Source: Acidobacteriota bacterium (GTDB lineage: Bacteria > Acidobacteriota > UBA6911 > RPQK01 > JAJDTT01). Taken from it: 64,000 nt of DNA. This document shows, piece after piece, positions 49,509-60,056 of the stretch (position 1 is the first letter of the stretch; every line of letters starts with the position of its first letter). Made by a program: the position numbers and the translations under genes. The notes under the pieces are model-generated. The model searched no databases. It had not been told where the DNA came from and saw only the letters and a list, made by a program, of their open reading frames with translations. The stretch is from contig CBDCJH010000002.1 of NCBI GenBank assembly GCA_965217775.1, forward strand, positions 2,880,001-2,944,000, read 5' to 3'.

Positions 49509-49966
49509 CGACGCTTCAACTCCTGTGCTATGTCCCGGTCGACGGCGCGGCGGCGGGCCGCCTCCCGTTTATCGTAGAGCCGTTTCCCCCGAGCGACTCC
49601 CAACTCGACCTTGGCCCGTCCTCTCTCGAAATAGAGAGCCAGAGGGATCAGGGTGAGCCCCTTGTTGGCGACGGCGCCCGTCAACCGGTTGATCTCTCTG
49701 CGGTGCAGCAACAGCTTTCGGGGTCTCAAAGGTTCGTGGTTGGCCAAATTGCCATGACGGTAGGGTCCGATGTGGCAATTCTCCAACCACACCTCGCCGT
49801 TCCTGACCCTGGCGTAGCTGTCGGAAAGGCTGACCTGATGGTCGCGGATCGCCTTGATCTCGGTCCCCAGCAACACCAGTCCGGCTTGGTACCTCTCCCG
49901 GATCTCATAGTTGTGGAAGGCCTTCTTGTTTCTGGCCACCGCACTGTTCGTCACCGATTCCTCCAA
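49505..49966 (-). CDS. smpB: SsrA-binding protein
   Basis: NKKAFHNY, AGLVLLGTEIKAIR, RKLLLHRREI, GKRLYDKR. Confidence 0.97.
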   Translation of the reverse strand: MEESVTNSAVARNKKAFHNYEIRERYQAGLVLLGTEIKAIRDHQVSLSDSYARVRNGEVWLENCHIGPYRHGNLANHEPLRPRKLLLHRREINRLTGAVANKGLTLIPLALYFERGRAKVELGVARGKRLYDKREAARRRAVDRDIAQELKRR

Positions 49967-49976
49967 CCGCGCGATA

Positions 49977-51002
49977 CTACAGGCTGGACAGCGTCCGGTC
50001 CCGATTTCCGTAGACCTTGCGGTAGTAGCGCCGGTAGTCTCCGCTGCGAACCCCGTCCACCCACTGGGGATGATCCCGGTACCACCGCACCGTCTCGTCC
50101 AACCCTTCCTCGAAGGGAATCCGGGGAGACCATCCCAACTCCAGCCGCAGACGACTGCTGTCGACAGCGTATCTCCGATCGTGGGCCGGCCGGTCGGCCA
50201 CGAAGGAGATCAGGTCCTCAGACTTTCCCAGGATATCAAGGATACGGCGCGCCACTTCCAGATTGGTCCGTTCTCCATCAGCTCCGATGTTGTAGACAGC
50301 CCCGTCTCGGCCCTCGAGCAATATCGCCTCCAGGGCGCGGCAATGGTCCAGGACATGGATCCAGTCCCGGGTATACAGACCGTCTCCGTACAAGGGGAGG
50401 GGTTCATCGTCCAGCGCGTTGGAGGCCATCAGGGGAATCAGCTTCTCCGGAAACTGATAGGGACCATAGTTGTTCCCGCAACGCGTCGTAACGACGCCCA
50501 GACCGTAGGTGCGATGGTAGGCCCTGGCCAAGAGGTCGGCGGCCGCCTTGCTGGCGGCATAGGGACTGTTGGGCGCCAGTGGAGAATCCTCCGTGAACTT
50601 TCCGCCGCCGGACAGCGACCCGTAAACCTCATCGGTGGAAACCTGGATGAAACGGGAAATCCCCTTGCGCCGGGCCGTCTCCAACAGATTCTGGGTTCCC
50701 AGTACGTTGGTTCGGACAAATGCGGAAGCATCCAGAATGCTCCGGTCCACATGGCTTTCGGCGGCAAAGTGGACAACGGCGTCGATTCCGGGATCCAGGG
50801 CCCCGGCTACCTGTTCCCAGGAGGCAATGTCGCCCCGGATGAACCGGTAGTTGTCGCCGGCCTCCAGACCGGCCAGGTTCTGCAGATTCCCGGCGTAGGT
50901 GAGGAGATCGAAGTTGACGACCTGAAAGCCGCGGCGACTCAAAATGTGGCGGATGAAATTCGAGCCGATGAAGCCTGCGCCACCGGTGACCAACAATTTC
51001 AT
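49977..51002 (-). CDS. rmlB: dTDP-glucose 4,6-dehydratase
   Basis: GGAGFIG, AAESHVDRSI, STDEVYG, YAASKA, NNYGPYQFPEK; start moved to ATG at 51002. Confidence 0.95.
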   Translation of the reverse strand: MKLLVTGGAGFIGSNFIRHILSRRGFQVVNFDLLTYAGNLQNLAGLEAGDNYRFIRGDIASWEQVAGALDPGIDAVVHFAAESHVDRSILDASAFVRTNVLGTQNLLETARRKGISRFIQVSTDEVYGSLSGGGKFTEDSPLAPNSPYAASKAAADLLARAYHRTYGLGVVTTRCGNNYGPYQFPEKLIPLMASNALDDEPLPLYGDGLYTRDWIHVLDHCRALEAILLEGRDGAVYNIGADGERTNLEVARRILDILGKSEDLISFVADRPAHDRRYAVDSSRLRLELGWSPRIPFEEGLDETVRWYRDHPQWVDGVRSGDYRRYYRKVYGNRDRTLSSL

Positions 51003-51140
51003 CTGAAGCCACCCCTTGCTGCATGAGGGCGCCAAATCCCGATCGTGTCCCCGGGCTCGGTGCCGGCCCGCATTTCCTGGCAGGTCATTCGGGAGTTTCT
51101 ACACGGGATGTCAAGGATTGGCGAGCATCTCGACTTTTAG

Positions 51141-51299
51141 CAGCCCGTGGCAAAAGTCCTCGCGGCATTCGACCGTCCCTGCATCGTGCGCGGACTGCGT
51201 TGCTATCGGCTCACATACTCCCGGTATGCGCCCTCATCGCGCCTGGTCCGGCGGGCGCAGGAACGGTCTCGGTGCTCGCGGGACTTTCACCACGGACTG
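51141..51299 (+). mobile_element. MITE family A, full copy (159 bp) overlapping the 3' end of rmlA
   Basis: Near-identical to 25622-25779; flanks TTAG/CCAG (imperfect duplication). Confidence 0.92.
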
Positions 51300-52032
51300 C
51301 CAGGTGCGCCAAGTCTCCAGCACCCGCCGCCACCAGGTTCGCGGCCCGCATCAGGGACTCGATGGTTCCCGCGTCCGTCCACCAGCCGTCGATGACATTG
51401 TACGTCAACTCGTTCGACTCGAGGTATCGGTTGTTGACGTCCGTAATCTCCAGTTCGCCCCTGGCGGAGGGAGAGAGGGTATCGATGATGTCGAAGACGC
51501 GGCTGTCGTACATGTAAACTCCCGTCACGGCATACGGAGAGGCAGGCCTGGACGGCTTCTCGGTGATGCGTACGACTCGGTCGCCATTCAACTCCGGCAC
51601 ACCGAAACGTTGGGGATCGGACACTTTCTTCAAGAGGATCTTGGCGCCCCGCCCCTGCCGGAGAAAGCTTCGAACGAACGGCGCGATGGATTTTTCAAGA
51701 AGATTGTCGCCCAGCACGACACAGATCAGGTCGTCTCCGGCGAAATGCCGGGCCAGAGAGAGCGCGTCCGCGATTCCTCCCTCTCCCTCCTGATAGCCGA
51801 AGTGGATCTGTCTGAGGCCAAACTCCTGGCCGCTGCCCAGCAGGCGGAGAAAGTCACCCGCGTTGTTGCCCCCGGTCACCAGCATGATCTCGTCGATGCC
51901 GGCTTCGACCAGCATTTCCAGCGGATAGTAGATCATGGGCTTGTTGTAGACCGGCAACAGATGCTTGTTGGTCACCTTGGTGAGGGGCCACAATCTGCTG
52001 CCCAGTCCACCTGCGAGAATGACTCCCTTCAT
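51211..52032 (-). CDS. rmlA: Glucose-1-phosphate thymidylyltransferase (short form); last 29 aa encoded by the MITE
   Basis: GVILAGGLGSRL, KHLLPVYNKPMIYYP, LGDN, EKP, RGELEITD, WTDAGT. Confidence 0.9.
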   Translation of the reverse strand: MKGVILAGGLGSRLWPLTKVTNKHLLPVYNKPMIYYPLEMLVEAGIDEIMLVTGGNNAGDFLRLLGSGQEFGLRQIHFGYQEGEGGIADALSLARHFAGDDLICVVLGDNLLEKSIAPFVRSFLRQGRGAKILLKKVSDPQRFGVPELNGDRVVRITEKPSRPASPYAVTGVYMYDSRVFDIIDTLSPSARGELEITDVNNRYLESNELTYNVIDGWWTDAGTIESLMRAANLVAAGAGDLAHLAVRGESPASTETVPAPAGPGAMRAHTGSM

Positions 52033-52059
52033 GGTCTTCCAAATCCCGGCTCATCTTAC

Positions 52060-52088
52060 CAGCCCGTGGAAAAAGTCGTCAGGGACTG
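52060..52088 (+). mobile_element. MITE family A, minimal 29-bp remnant with both ends
   Basis: CAGCCCGTGGAAAAAGTCGTCA-GGGACTG; flanks TTAC/CTAA; abuts the glycosyltransferase stop. Confidence 0.7.
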
Positions 52089-53207
52089 CTAACTCAGTCG
52101 TTTCGGCCGTCGCAATTTCGCCAGTTCCAGATAGAGCCGCTCGGTCTCGTCCAGTTTACGATCCAGAGTGAAATACTCCGCGACCCGCCTGCGCCCGGCT
52201 TCCCTCATTCGGCGTCTCAACGAGGAGGACGAAAGCACCTTGGCCAGCGCCTCAGCCAACTTGTCCGGCCTTCCGGCGGGGACCAGCAGACCCGTACTCC
52301 CGTCCACCACCAGCTCCGGAATTCCGCCGACACGAGTGGCCACGACGGGTAGCGGCCGGGCCATTGCAGCAAGTATGGCGGAGCTGAGCCCCTCCGACAG
52401 CGAGGCCAGGCAGAAGATGTCGAATTCCCGCATCATCGCGTCGCTGTCTTTCCGAAATCCGGTGAACAGGACCCGGTCCGCGACGTCCAGTGCGCGAGCC
52501 CGCTCCTCCAGCATCTGCCTGCGCTCCCCGCCTCCGACAAACACGTACGTCACGTCGGGAAACCTCTCCCGCAACCGGGCCGCGGCCTTCAGCACCGTCA
52601 CGTGTCCCTTCTCCGGGCTCAGATGGGCGACGACACCCACGACAAGCCCTGGTCGCACCGGCAACACCGACGTGGAAGGGTGCCCGTCGATCGACCGCAG
52701 ATCCACCCCTTCATAGATCACCGAGACCCGCACCGGCCGTACGCCGTCCTGAACCAGCGTCCGCTGGATACTTCCGGAGACGGTGACGACCCGGTCGAGG
52801 AGCCAGTTGTACTTGATGCGGCTGAACCGGGAGCGCAGCGGAAAGTTGACTCGGCGCGAAGCGACCAGAATGGGAACTCCGGAGATCCAAGCCGCCAGTT
52901 TGCCCGCCAGTACCGGGCGGGGCGTATTGTAGTGGAGCACGTCCACCGTACCGGACCCCATAATCCGTGCCAGGCTCCAGGCTGCCGGAAGACTCAGTTC
53001 ACTCCGTTGGGTAAAACCGTGGGTAGTGATGCCCACCTCGTGAGCCCGGATTGCCAGCGGGCTCCGGGCCGGCGCCGCCAACTCCACGCCGTAGCCCCGT
53101 TTCCGGATTCCCGCCATCAGACTGAAGAGCTGCTCCTGGCCTCCCCGCCAGAAGCTCTCGGTATCCACGTAGAGGATCCTCAATGGACGCTTCACGCTAT
53201 CCGTCAC
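52089..53207 (-). CDS. Glycosyltransferase family 4 (GT-B)
   Basis: RGGQEQ, EKGH, SEGLSSAILAAMA, TRVGGIPE. Confidence 0.9.
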   Translation of the reverse strand: MTDSVKRPLRILYVDTESFWRGGQEQLFSLMAGIRKRGYGVELAAPARSPLAIRAHEVGITTHGFTQRSELSLPAAWSLARIMGSGTVDVLHYNTPRPVLAGKLAAWISGVPILVASRRVNFPLRSRFSRIKYNWLLDRVVTVSGSIQRTLVQDGVRPVRVSVIYEGVDLRSIDGHPSTSVLPVRPGLVVGVVAHLSPEKGHVTVLKAAARLRERFPDVTYVFVGGGERRQMLEERARALDVADRVLFTGFRKDSDAMMREFDIFCLASLSEGLSSAILAAMARPLPVVATRVGGIPELVVDGSTGLLVPAGRPDKLAEALAKVLSSSSLRRRMREAGRRRVAEYFTLDRKLDETERLYLELAKLRRPKRLS

Positions 53208-53353
53208 CCGCCCGTTTCGGATCTCCTGAGGCCAGGAGTCTGCGCGGTAGAAATGATCGTAGCGAGAAAGTGGGGAATCGAGGCCGGATTTTCTCGATTT
53301 GGAGGTGCATAGTTGTTCTATTCGCCGAGAAATCGAGGAAATATGGACCGATT

Positions 53354-54136
53354 CTACCGCTTTCGCAGTAGATCAATTTCTGCCGCGCAGGCTCCTAGCT
53401 CCCACAGCTTGAGATACTTGAAGAAAGTGGACACGGCGGAGAGGGCCGACACGGCCAGCCCGGGAACGCCGTCCTGAAAACCCCGGTGAAGAACGTAATT
53501 GCGCAGGAATACCAGAGGGGGATACAACAACAGTTTCACCGGTCCGGCCCGGACGCCCGAATCGAAATAGTCGGCCGCCGCCAAGTTGGTGAACCGCTCC
53601 AACTGTTGCAGATACTCGCTCAGGGAAGCGTAGGTGTAGTGGTGCAGATCCCCCGGAAGACGGCCGGTGGGCCCTTTGACCCGGAAGGACTCGTGCACCC
53701 GTCCTCCCTCCCACTGTCCCGCGGACCGGCGAAAGAGTCTCATCTGCCAATCGGGATACCAGGTCGTGTGCTCGATCCATCGCCCCAGGAAGAAGGTCTT
53801 GCGGCGGAGGTAATATCCGTCGATTCCGGCATCCTTCCCGGACTTCCAGCGGTGCACTTCCGCCTGCAGCTCCGGACTCAGAACTTCGTCCGCGTCCAGG
53901 CTCAGGACCCAGTCGAAGGAGGCTTGATGCGTCGCAAACTGCTTCTGGTCGCGGTAGCCGGGCCACCTGCGTTGGAGAAATCGATCCGTATAACGGCGGC
54001 AGATCGCTTCGGTCCCGTCTGAGCTGAAGGAGTCCACCACCACGATCTCGTCGCTCACGGCCCGAAGGCTGCTCAGGGCAGCATCGATCTTCTCCTCCTC
54101 GTTGTAGCTGATGACGACGCCGGAGAGCTTTTTCAA
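53354..54136 (-). CDS. Glycosyltransferase family 2 (LPS beta-1,4-glucosyltransferase-like)
   Basis: YNEE, VVDSFSSDGT, SLDADE, YPDWQMRLF, VHE, GFQDG. Confidence 0.88.
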   Translation of the reverse strand: MKKLSGVVISYNEEEKIDAALSSLRAVSDEIVVVDSFSSDGTEAICRRYTDRFLQRRWPGYRDQKQFATHQASFDWVLSLDADEVLSPELQAEVHRWKSGKDAGIDGYYLRRKTFFLGRWIEHTTWYPDWQMRLFRRSAGQWEGGRVHESFRVKGPTGRLPGDLHHYTYASLSEYLQQLERFTNLAAADYFDSGVRAGPVKLLLYPPLVFLRNYVLHRGFQDGVPGLAVSALSAVSTFFKYLKLWELGACAAEIDLLRKR

Positions 54137-54191
54137 GAGACTCGCCCCATCCAGATCACTTGATGTTGAGCCGAAAGCCCGGACATGGAGT

Positions 54192-55286
54192 TCAGATCAT
54201 ACAACCGAACCGGCCGGGACGAGAGGAGTCGGCCTCGACGGCGGGAGCCTTTTCCAGACCCGGATGTTCCGCTCGGACCTGGTTGCTGCTCCGATACACT
54301 CGAATCGGGGCGGTTCGATAGAAGGAGCTCAGGATTCCGGAGATCTCCGCATCGGACCGCCGCGCCCGGTCCCGCTCCCGTCGCCGCATCCGCCTCACTT
54401 TGGAAATCCGGGAGAGCGCCCCCAGGAAGGAACGGTAGAAGGTTCCGTCGAGCACCAGGAACCGAGTCAGCAGGAGGCCTGCGAGTCCCACCAGGTGGCG
54501 AATCCAGTAGCCGGTGGAGTGGAGGTTGATCCAGTGGAAGAGGAGCCGATTCCGCACCGCGACGGTCTCGACCCTTCGAGGCCGGAATCGGCTCCCGATG
54601 GTGGCGCTGATCCGGTGGTAGGCGACGCTGTTGGGTTCGTAGTGGATCTTCCACCCACGCTTCCATCCGCGGTAGGAAAGGTCGACGTCCTCCCAATGGA
54701 AGGGGGAAAGGAGGGTGTTGAAACCTCCCAGCTCCCGGAGTTTCCGGCGGTCGTAGGTGGCGAACCCGCCGACCGCATAGGCCGATAGCCACCGGCGGCC
54801 CTCAATTTCCGCTCCGGCGCAGTCCGGGTCCACGTCATAATTCAGGTAGACGCTCCAGAACCCTCGCCGGAAACGGCCGAACCGCCCTCCCGCCGTGAAC
54901 TCGTCTCCGTCCCAGGAGAAGACCCGGGCCGTGACCGCCAGCACCTCCGGGTCCTGAAAATGCGGGGCCTGGTACAGCAGGTAATCGGGCTCCACCTTCA
55001 CGTCGTTGTTCAGGAGAGCCACCAGCGGATAACCCGCGTGCTCGAATCCGAGATTGCAGGTCGGCGCGAATCCTCGATTCGAGGGGGACTCGATCAGACG
55101 GACCCGGGGAAACTCGGCGGTCAGGACTTCCCGGGTCTCGTCTTCACTGCCGTCATCAACCACCAGGATCTCGGTCCGGCAATGGCTCTCGCGACGGTAG
55201 AATTCGGCAGCCGCGCACACCGAGGGCAGAGTCTCCCGCAACAAGGCGAGTCCGTTCCAGGTCGGGATGACGATGCTCAGGTCCAT
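54192..55286 (-). CDS. Glycosyltransferase family 2 (rhamnosyltransferase-like)
   Basis: SIVIPTWN, VVDDGSED, NRGFAPTCNLG, LLNND, WEDVDL; start moved to ATG at 55286. Confidence 0.88.
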   Translation of the reverse strand: MDLSIVIPTWNGLALLRETLPSVCAAAEFYRRESHCRTEILVVDDGSEDETREVLTAEFPRVRLIESPSNRGFAPTCNLGFEHAGYPLVALLNNDVKVEPDYLLYQAPHFQDPEVLAVTARVFSWDGDEFTAGGRFGRFRRGFWSVYLNYDVDPDCAGAEIEGRRWLSAYAVGGFATYDRRKLRELGGFNTLLSPFHWEDVDLSYRGWKRGWKIHYEPNSVAYHRISATIGSRFRPRRVETVAVRNRLLFHWINLHSTGYWIRHLVGLAGLLLTRFLVLDGTFYRSFLGALSRISKVRRMRRRERDRARRSDAEISGILSSFYRTAPIRVYRSSNQVRAEHPGLEKAPAVEADSSRPGRFGCMI

Positions 55287-55300
55287 GGGCAGACTCCAGA

Positions 55301-56836
55301 CTAGATCAACAGGGATCTGCCGGTCATTTCCTCCGGCTGCGGCAAGTCCAGATATTGCAGCAGCGTGGGGGCCACATCCTCCAGAGCTCCCCCCGGCCTC
55401 AACGCCGACCGGTTTTGAGGATCGACCAGAATGAACGGCACCGGGTGACTGGTGTGCGCCGTATGAGGCTGACCCGTCTTGGCGTCTACCATCAGCTCGG
55501 CATTTCCATGGTCTGCCGTGACCGCCATGATGCCCCCGGTGTTCCGGATCTTTCGGTAGATTCGGCCCAGGCAGGAGTCCACGGCCTCCACCGCCTGGAC
55601 GGTGGCCGCCATGTCTCCCGTGTGTCCCACCATGTCGACGTTGGCAAAATTGACCACCATGGCCGGAAAGACGCCGCGGTCCAACTCGGAGAGCAACCGG
55701 TCCGTGATCCCGGCGGCACTCATCCAAGGTTGGAGATCGTACGTGGCCACCTTCGGAGACGGGATCAGAACCCTGGTCTCGCCTGCCGGAGGGTCCTCTG
55801 CTCCCCCGTTGAAGAAATAGGTGACGTGGGCGTACTTTTCCGTCTCCGCCAGCCGCAGGTTGGCAACGCCATGGGAACTCAAGAGCCTGGCCAGCGTGCG
55901 CCGAACGGGAACGTAGGGGAAGGCCGCCGGCAGCGCCCAGTCGAGACGATACCGGGTCATGGTGAGAAAGTGAGCCATGGGCTCCCGGCTCCGGGGAAAG
56001 GCCCGGAAATCGGCTCCCGTCAGCGAGTGTGTGAGTTGGCGAGCCCGGTCGGCACGGAAGTTGAAGAAAATGGCCGCGTGATCGGGATCGATCGGCCCCA
56101 CCGGACGGCCGAGGGAATCCACAACCGAAAATGGGTCCACGAACTCATCGTAGACCCCGTTTCGATACGACTCCTCCACACCCTGAATCGGATTCCGCCA
56201 ACCTCGTCCTCCTCGACCCTCGACCATGCATCGGTAGGCCTTCTCCACCCGGTCCCAGCGGTTGTCGCGATCCATGGCGTAGTAGCGGCCACCGACCGAA
56301 GCCAATCCTCCCGTTCCCAGTTTCCTGGTTTCTTCCTGCAGCCGCTCCAGAAATCGCGCTCCACCGGTGGGACTCGCATCCCTCCCATCCAGGATGGCAT
56401 GGATCCACACCTTCTCGGCATGCTCGTTCCTGGCCAGCCGCAGCAACGCCAGCAGGTGGCGGATGTGGCTGTGCACCCCGCCGTCGGAAACCAGCCCGAT
56501 CAGGTGAAGCGCCGTGTGGCGAGCCCTTTCCATGACGGGTCGCAGGCTCGAGTTGCCGTCGAAACGTCCGGTTTCTATGGCGTGATCGATTCGGGTCAGA
56601 TCCTGCGGGACAACCCGCCCGGCCCCCAGATTCAAATGGCCGACCTCGCTGTTGCCCATCTGGCCCCGGGGCAGGCCGACACGTCCGCCACTGGCCGCCA
56701 AGCGGGTCCAGGCGTAGCGCGAGTAGAGGCTCTCCATGGTGGGGAGTCGGGCCTGGGCAATGGCATTCCCTTCCCGACCGTCTCGCAATCCCCAACCATC
56801 CAGGACGGCCAGAAGGACCACGGGGGGTGTCGACAT
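55301..56836 (-). CDS. gpmI: 2,3-bisphosphoglycerate-independent phosphoglycerate mutase
   Basis: LDGWG, GQMGNSEVGH, SDGGVHSH, RYYAMDRD, ETEKYAHVT, DMVGHTG, TADHGNAE. Confidence 0.97.
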   Translation of the reverse strand: MSTPPVVLLAVLDGWGLRDGREGNAIAQARLPTMESLYSRYAWTRLAASGGRVGLPRGQMGNSEVGHLNLGAGRVVPQDLTRIDHAIETGRFDGNSSLRPVMERARHTALHLIGLVSDGGVHSHIRHLLALLRLARNEHAEKVWIHAILDGRDASPTGGARFLERLQEETRKLGTGGLASVGGRYYAMDRDNRWDRVEKAYRCMVEGRGGRGWRNPIQGVEESYRNGVYDEFVDPFSVVDSLGRPVGPIDPDHAAIFFNFRADRARQLTHSLTGADFRAFPRSREPMAHFLTMTRYRLDWALPAAFPYVPVRRTLARLLSSHGVANLRLAETEKYAHVTYFFNGGAEDPPAGETRVLIPSPKVATYDLQPWMSAAGITDRLLSELDRGVFPAMVVNFANVDMVGHTGDMAATVQAVEAVDSCLGRIYRKIRNTGGIMAVTADHGNAELMVDAKTGQPHTAHTSHPVPFILVDPQNRSALRPGGALEDVAPTLLQYLDLPQPEEMTGRSLLI

Positions 56837-56876
56837 GATTCAGCGCGGCAAAAACAGGGTCAAACAGTGGTTCTCG

Positions 56877-58163
<1,287 letters not shown>

Positions 58164-58186
58164 TCACACGAAACGGGCGGGGGAGG

Positions 58187-59170
58187 TTATCTTCGCTCCT
58201 TCTGCCTTCGAATTCGTTCCTGGACCCGCTCGATGCTCGCCTGGATCTCACCATCCTGGCTGAGGCTGTGAGCTTTCTTGTAGTTTTCCAGAGCCTCCGA
58301 ATACTGGTCATTCATTTCGTAGGTGTAACCGAGCCGGTTGAATGTCTCCCAGTGATCCGGGGCGATTTCCTTGCTCTTCAAAAAGGCTTCCTGTGCCGCC
58401 AGAAGATGTTCGGAGAAGAGATGAGCGATCCCCAGATTGAACCAGGCATCGCCGTCTTCCGGTTGTTCCTTCAGGTATTCGCCCAAGCTGGTGATCGCTT
58501 CCGAATAGTTCCCCTGTTCAAGGGCCGCAACGCCCCGGTAATAGACGATGCGCGAGAGGTGGTTCCGGGCTTCGGCGGAGTTTGGATTCAGCCCGGCGGC
58601 CTGTTTCAAGAATCCCTCGGCCAGTGCGTAGCTCTGCTTCCTGTAATGGGCCAATCCGAGTTGGAGCACGTCGTCAAACTGGCCCCTGCGGATCGAGACG
58701 GCCCTCTCCAGATCCGAGATGGCCCGGTCATACATGGCCAGATTGAAGTAGGCACTTCCTCGCGTGTGGTGCAGTTGGTAGCGATCCGCAGGCGACTTGG
58801 CAAACGCCTCCGCTTTTTCAAGCGCCGCTACGGCTTCCTGAAAATTGCCCGTGTTGTAGTAGGCGATCCCCAGACCCTGATGCGAGGCATAGACGTCGTC
58901 TTTGAGTTCCAGCGCCTTCTTGAAGGAGTCGATGGCCTCTGCCGCCCGATCGGTCTTCAGGTAAGAGATCCCGAGAATCCGGTGACCACTTTCATAGTCG
59001 GAGTGTTCCTCGACGATCGCCTCGAACTCTGCAATGGCCTTGTCGTACTGCCCCTGCTTGTAGAAGGAGATCCCTTTCCCGAAGTCTCCCTGACCCCACA
59101 GCAGACAAGTGCCGAGCAGCAGTGCCAGCACTCCGATTCGGCCATGGCGACGTCCGGGCGGCATGGTCAA
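58187..59170 (-). CDS. Exported tetratricopeptide repeat protein
   Basis: Signal-like N-terminus and about eight 34-aa LG..Y...G.Y..A repeats. Confidence 0.88.
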   Translation of the reverse strand: MTMPPGRRHGRIGVLALLLGTCLLWGQGDFGKGISFYKQGQYDKAIAEFEAIVEEHSDYESGHRILGISYLKTDRAAEAIDSFKKALELKDDVYASHQGLGIAYYNTGNFQEAVAALEKAEAFAKSPADRYQLHHTRGSAYFNLAMYDRAISDLERAVSIRRGQFDDVLQLGLAHYRKQSYALAEGFLKQAAGLNPNSAEARNHLSRIVYYRGVAALEQGNYSEAITSLGEYLKEQPEDGDAWFNLGIAHLFSEHLLAAQEAFLKSKEIAPDHWETFNRLGYTYEMNDQYSEALENYKKAHSLSQDGEIQASIERVQERIRRQKERR

Positions 59171-59183
59171 CCGTTCATCGGCC

Positions 59184-59621
59184 TCACTCGAAAATGCCGA
59201 ACGCCTTCCAGCGCTCGACTTCGGACTCCGTAGGAACCGAGATGTTCTTGACCTCCATCTGCCTCAAGAGGTCGAAAACTTCGATCATGACCCGATAAGG
59301 AACATGTCCCTGCGTCTGAATGATCACGGGTTTGCTGGGATTCTGCCCCATCTTCGCTTCCACATAGCTGGCCATCGCACCCAGCGACATGGGCGTCTTG
59401 TCCACCAGGTATTGCTGTTCACCCGTGATCTTGATGTGGACGGCTTCCTCGGGCTGGACGTCCAGCCGGGTCGGATCCTCCTTGGGGAATGCGAACTGAA
59501 GCCCCCGGTTGGTAGTAAAGACCGCCGTCAACATGAAGAAGATGATCAACAGAAAGGCGATGTCGGCCATGGAGGAGGTGGGGATCTCGGGGCTCCGCTG
59601 GAGACGGCTTCGGAACTTCAT
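59184..59621 (-). CDS. exbD: ExbD/TolR family biopolymer transporter
   Basis: IPTSSMADIAFLLIIFFM transmembrane segment with conserved Asp. Confidence 0.88.
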   Translation of the reverse strand: MKFRSRLQRSPEIPTSSMADIAFLLIIFFMLTAVFTTNRGLQFAFPKEDPTRLDVQPEEAVHIKITGEQQYLVDKTPMSLGAMASYVEAKMGQNPSKPVIIQTQGHVPYRVMIEVFDLLRQMEVKNISVPTESEVERWKAFGIFE

Positions 59622-60056
59622 TCAACCCGATTCCTTTGGCTTTCGCTCCGTGAGGAGGCCGATCCGGCGCGCGCCGTTGCTCCGCAACTGCTCCAGGACG
59701 CCGTCCACCAATTGATATTGGACATCCCGGTCCGCCTTGATCAGGAATTCCTTCCCCGGAATCGCGGTTACCAGCGCTTTCACGTATTGACCCAACTCGG
59801 CGACACTCGCCAGCGGGAACGCGGGTTGCTCACCATCGGTGAAACTGACCTCGCCCCGGGATGAGATCGCAACGATGGCCGCATCCTTGGACACTTCCGT
59901 CCGGATCCCCGACTCGGGCAAGCTCACCGAGGTCCGTTCCGGAGAAAAGGAAGTCGTCAACATGAAGAAAATAATGAGGAGGAAGGCGATATCCGCCATG
60001 GATGCCGTCGGAATCCGGGGAACCACGGATACGGATGCTTCCCGTCTCAGCTTCAT
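59622..60056 (-). CDS. exbD: ExbD/TolR family biopolymer transporter
   Basis: IPTASMADIAFLLIIFFM, LIKADRDVQY. Confidence 0.88.
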   Translation of the reverse strand: MKLRREASVSVVPRIPTASMADIAFLLIIFFMLTTSFSPERTSVSLPESGIRTEVSKDAAIVAISSRGEVSFTDGEQPAFPLASVAELGQYVKALVTAIPGKEFLIKADRDVQYQLVDGVLEQLRSNGARRIGLLTERKPKESG

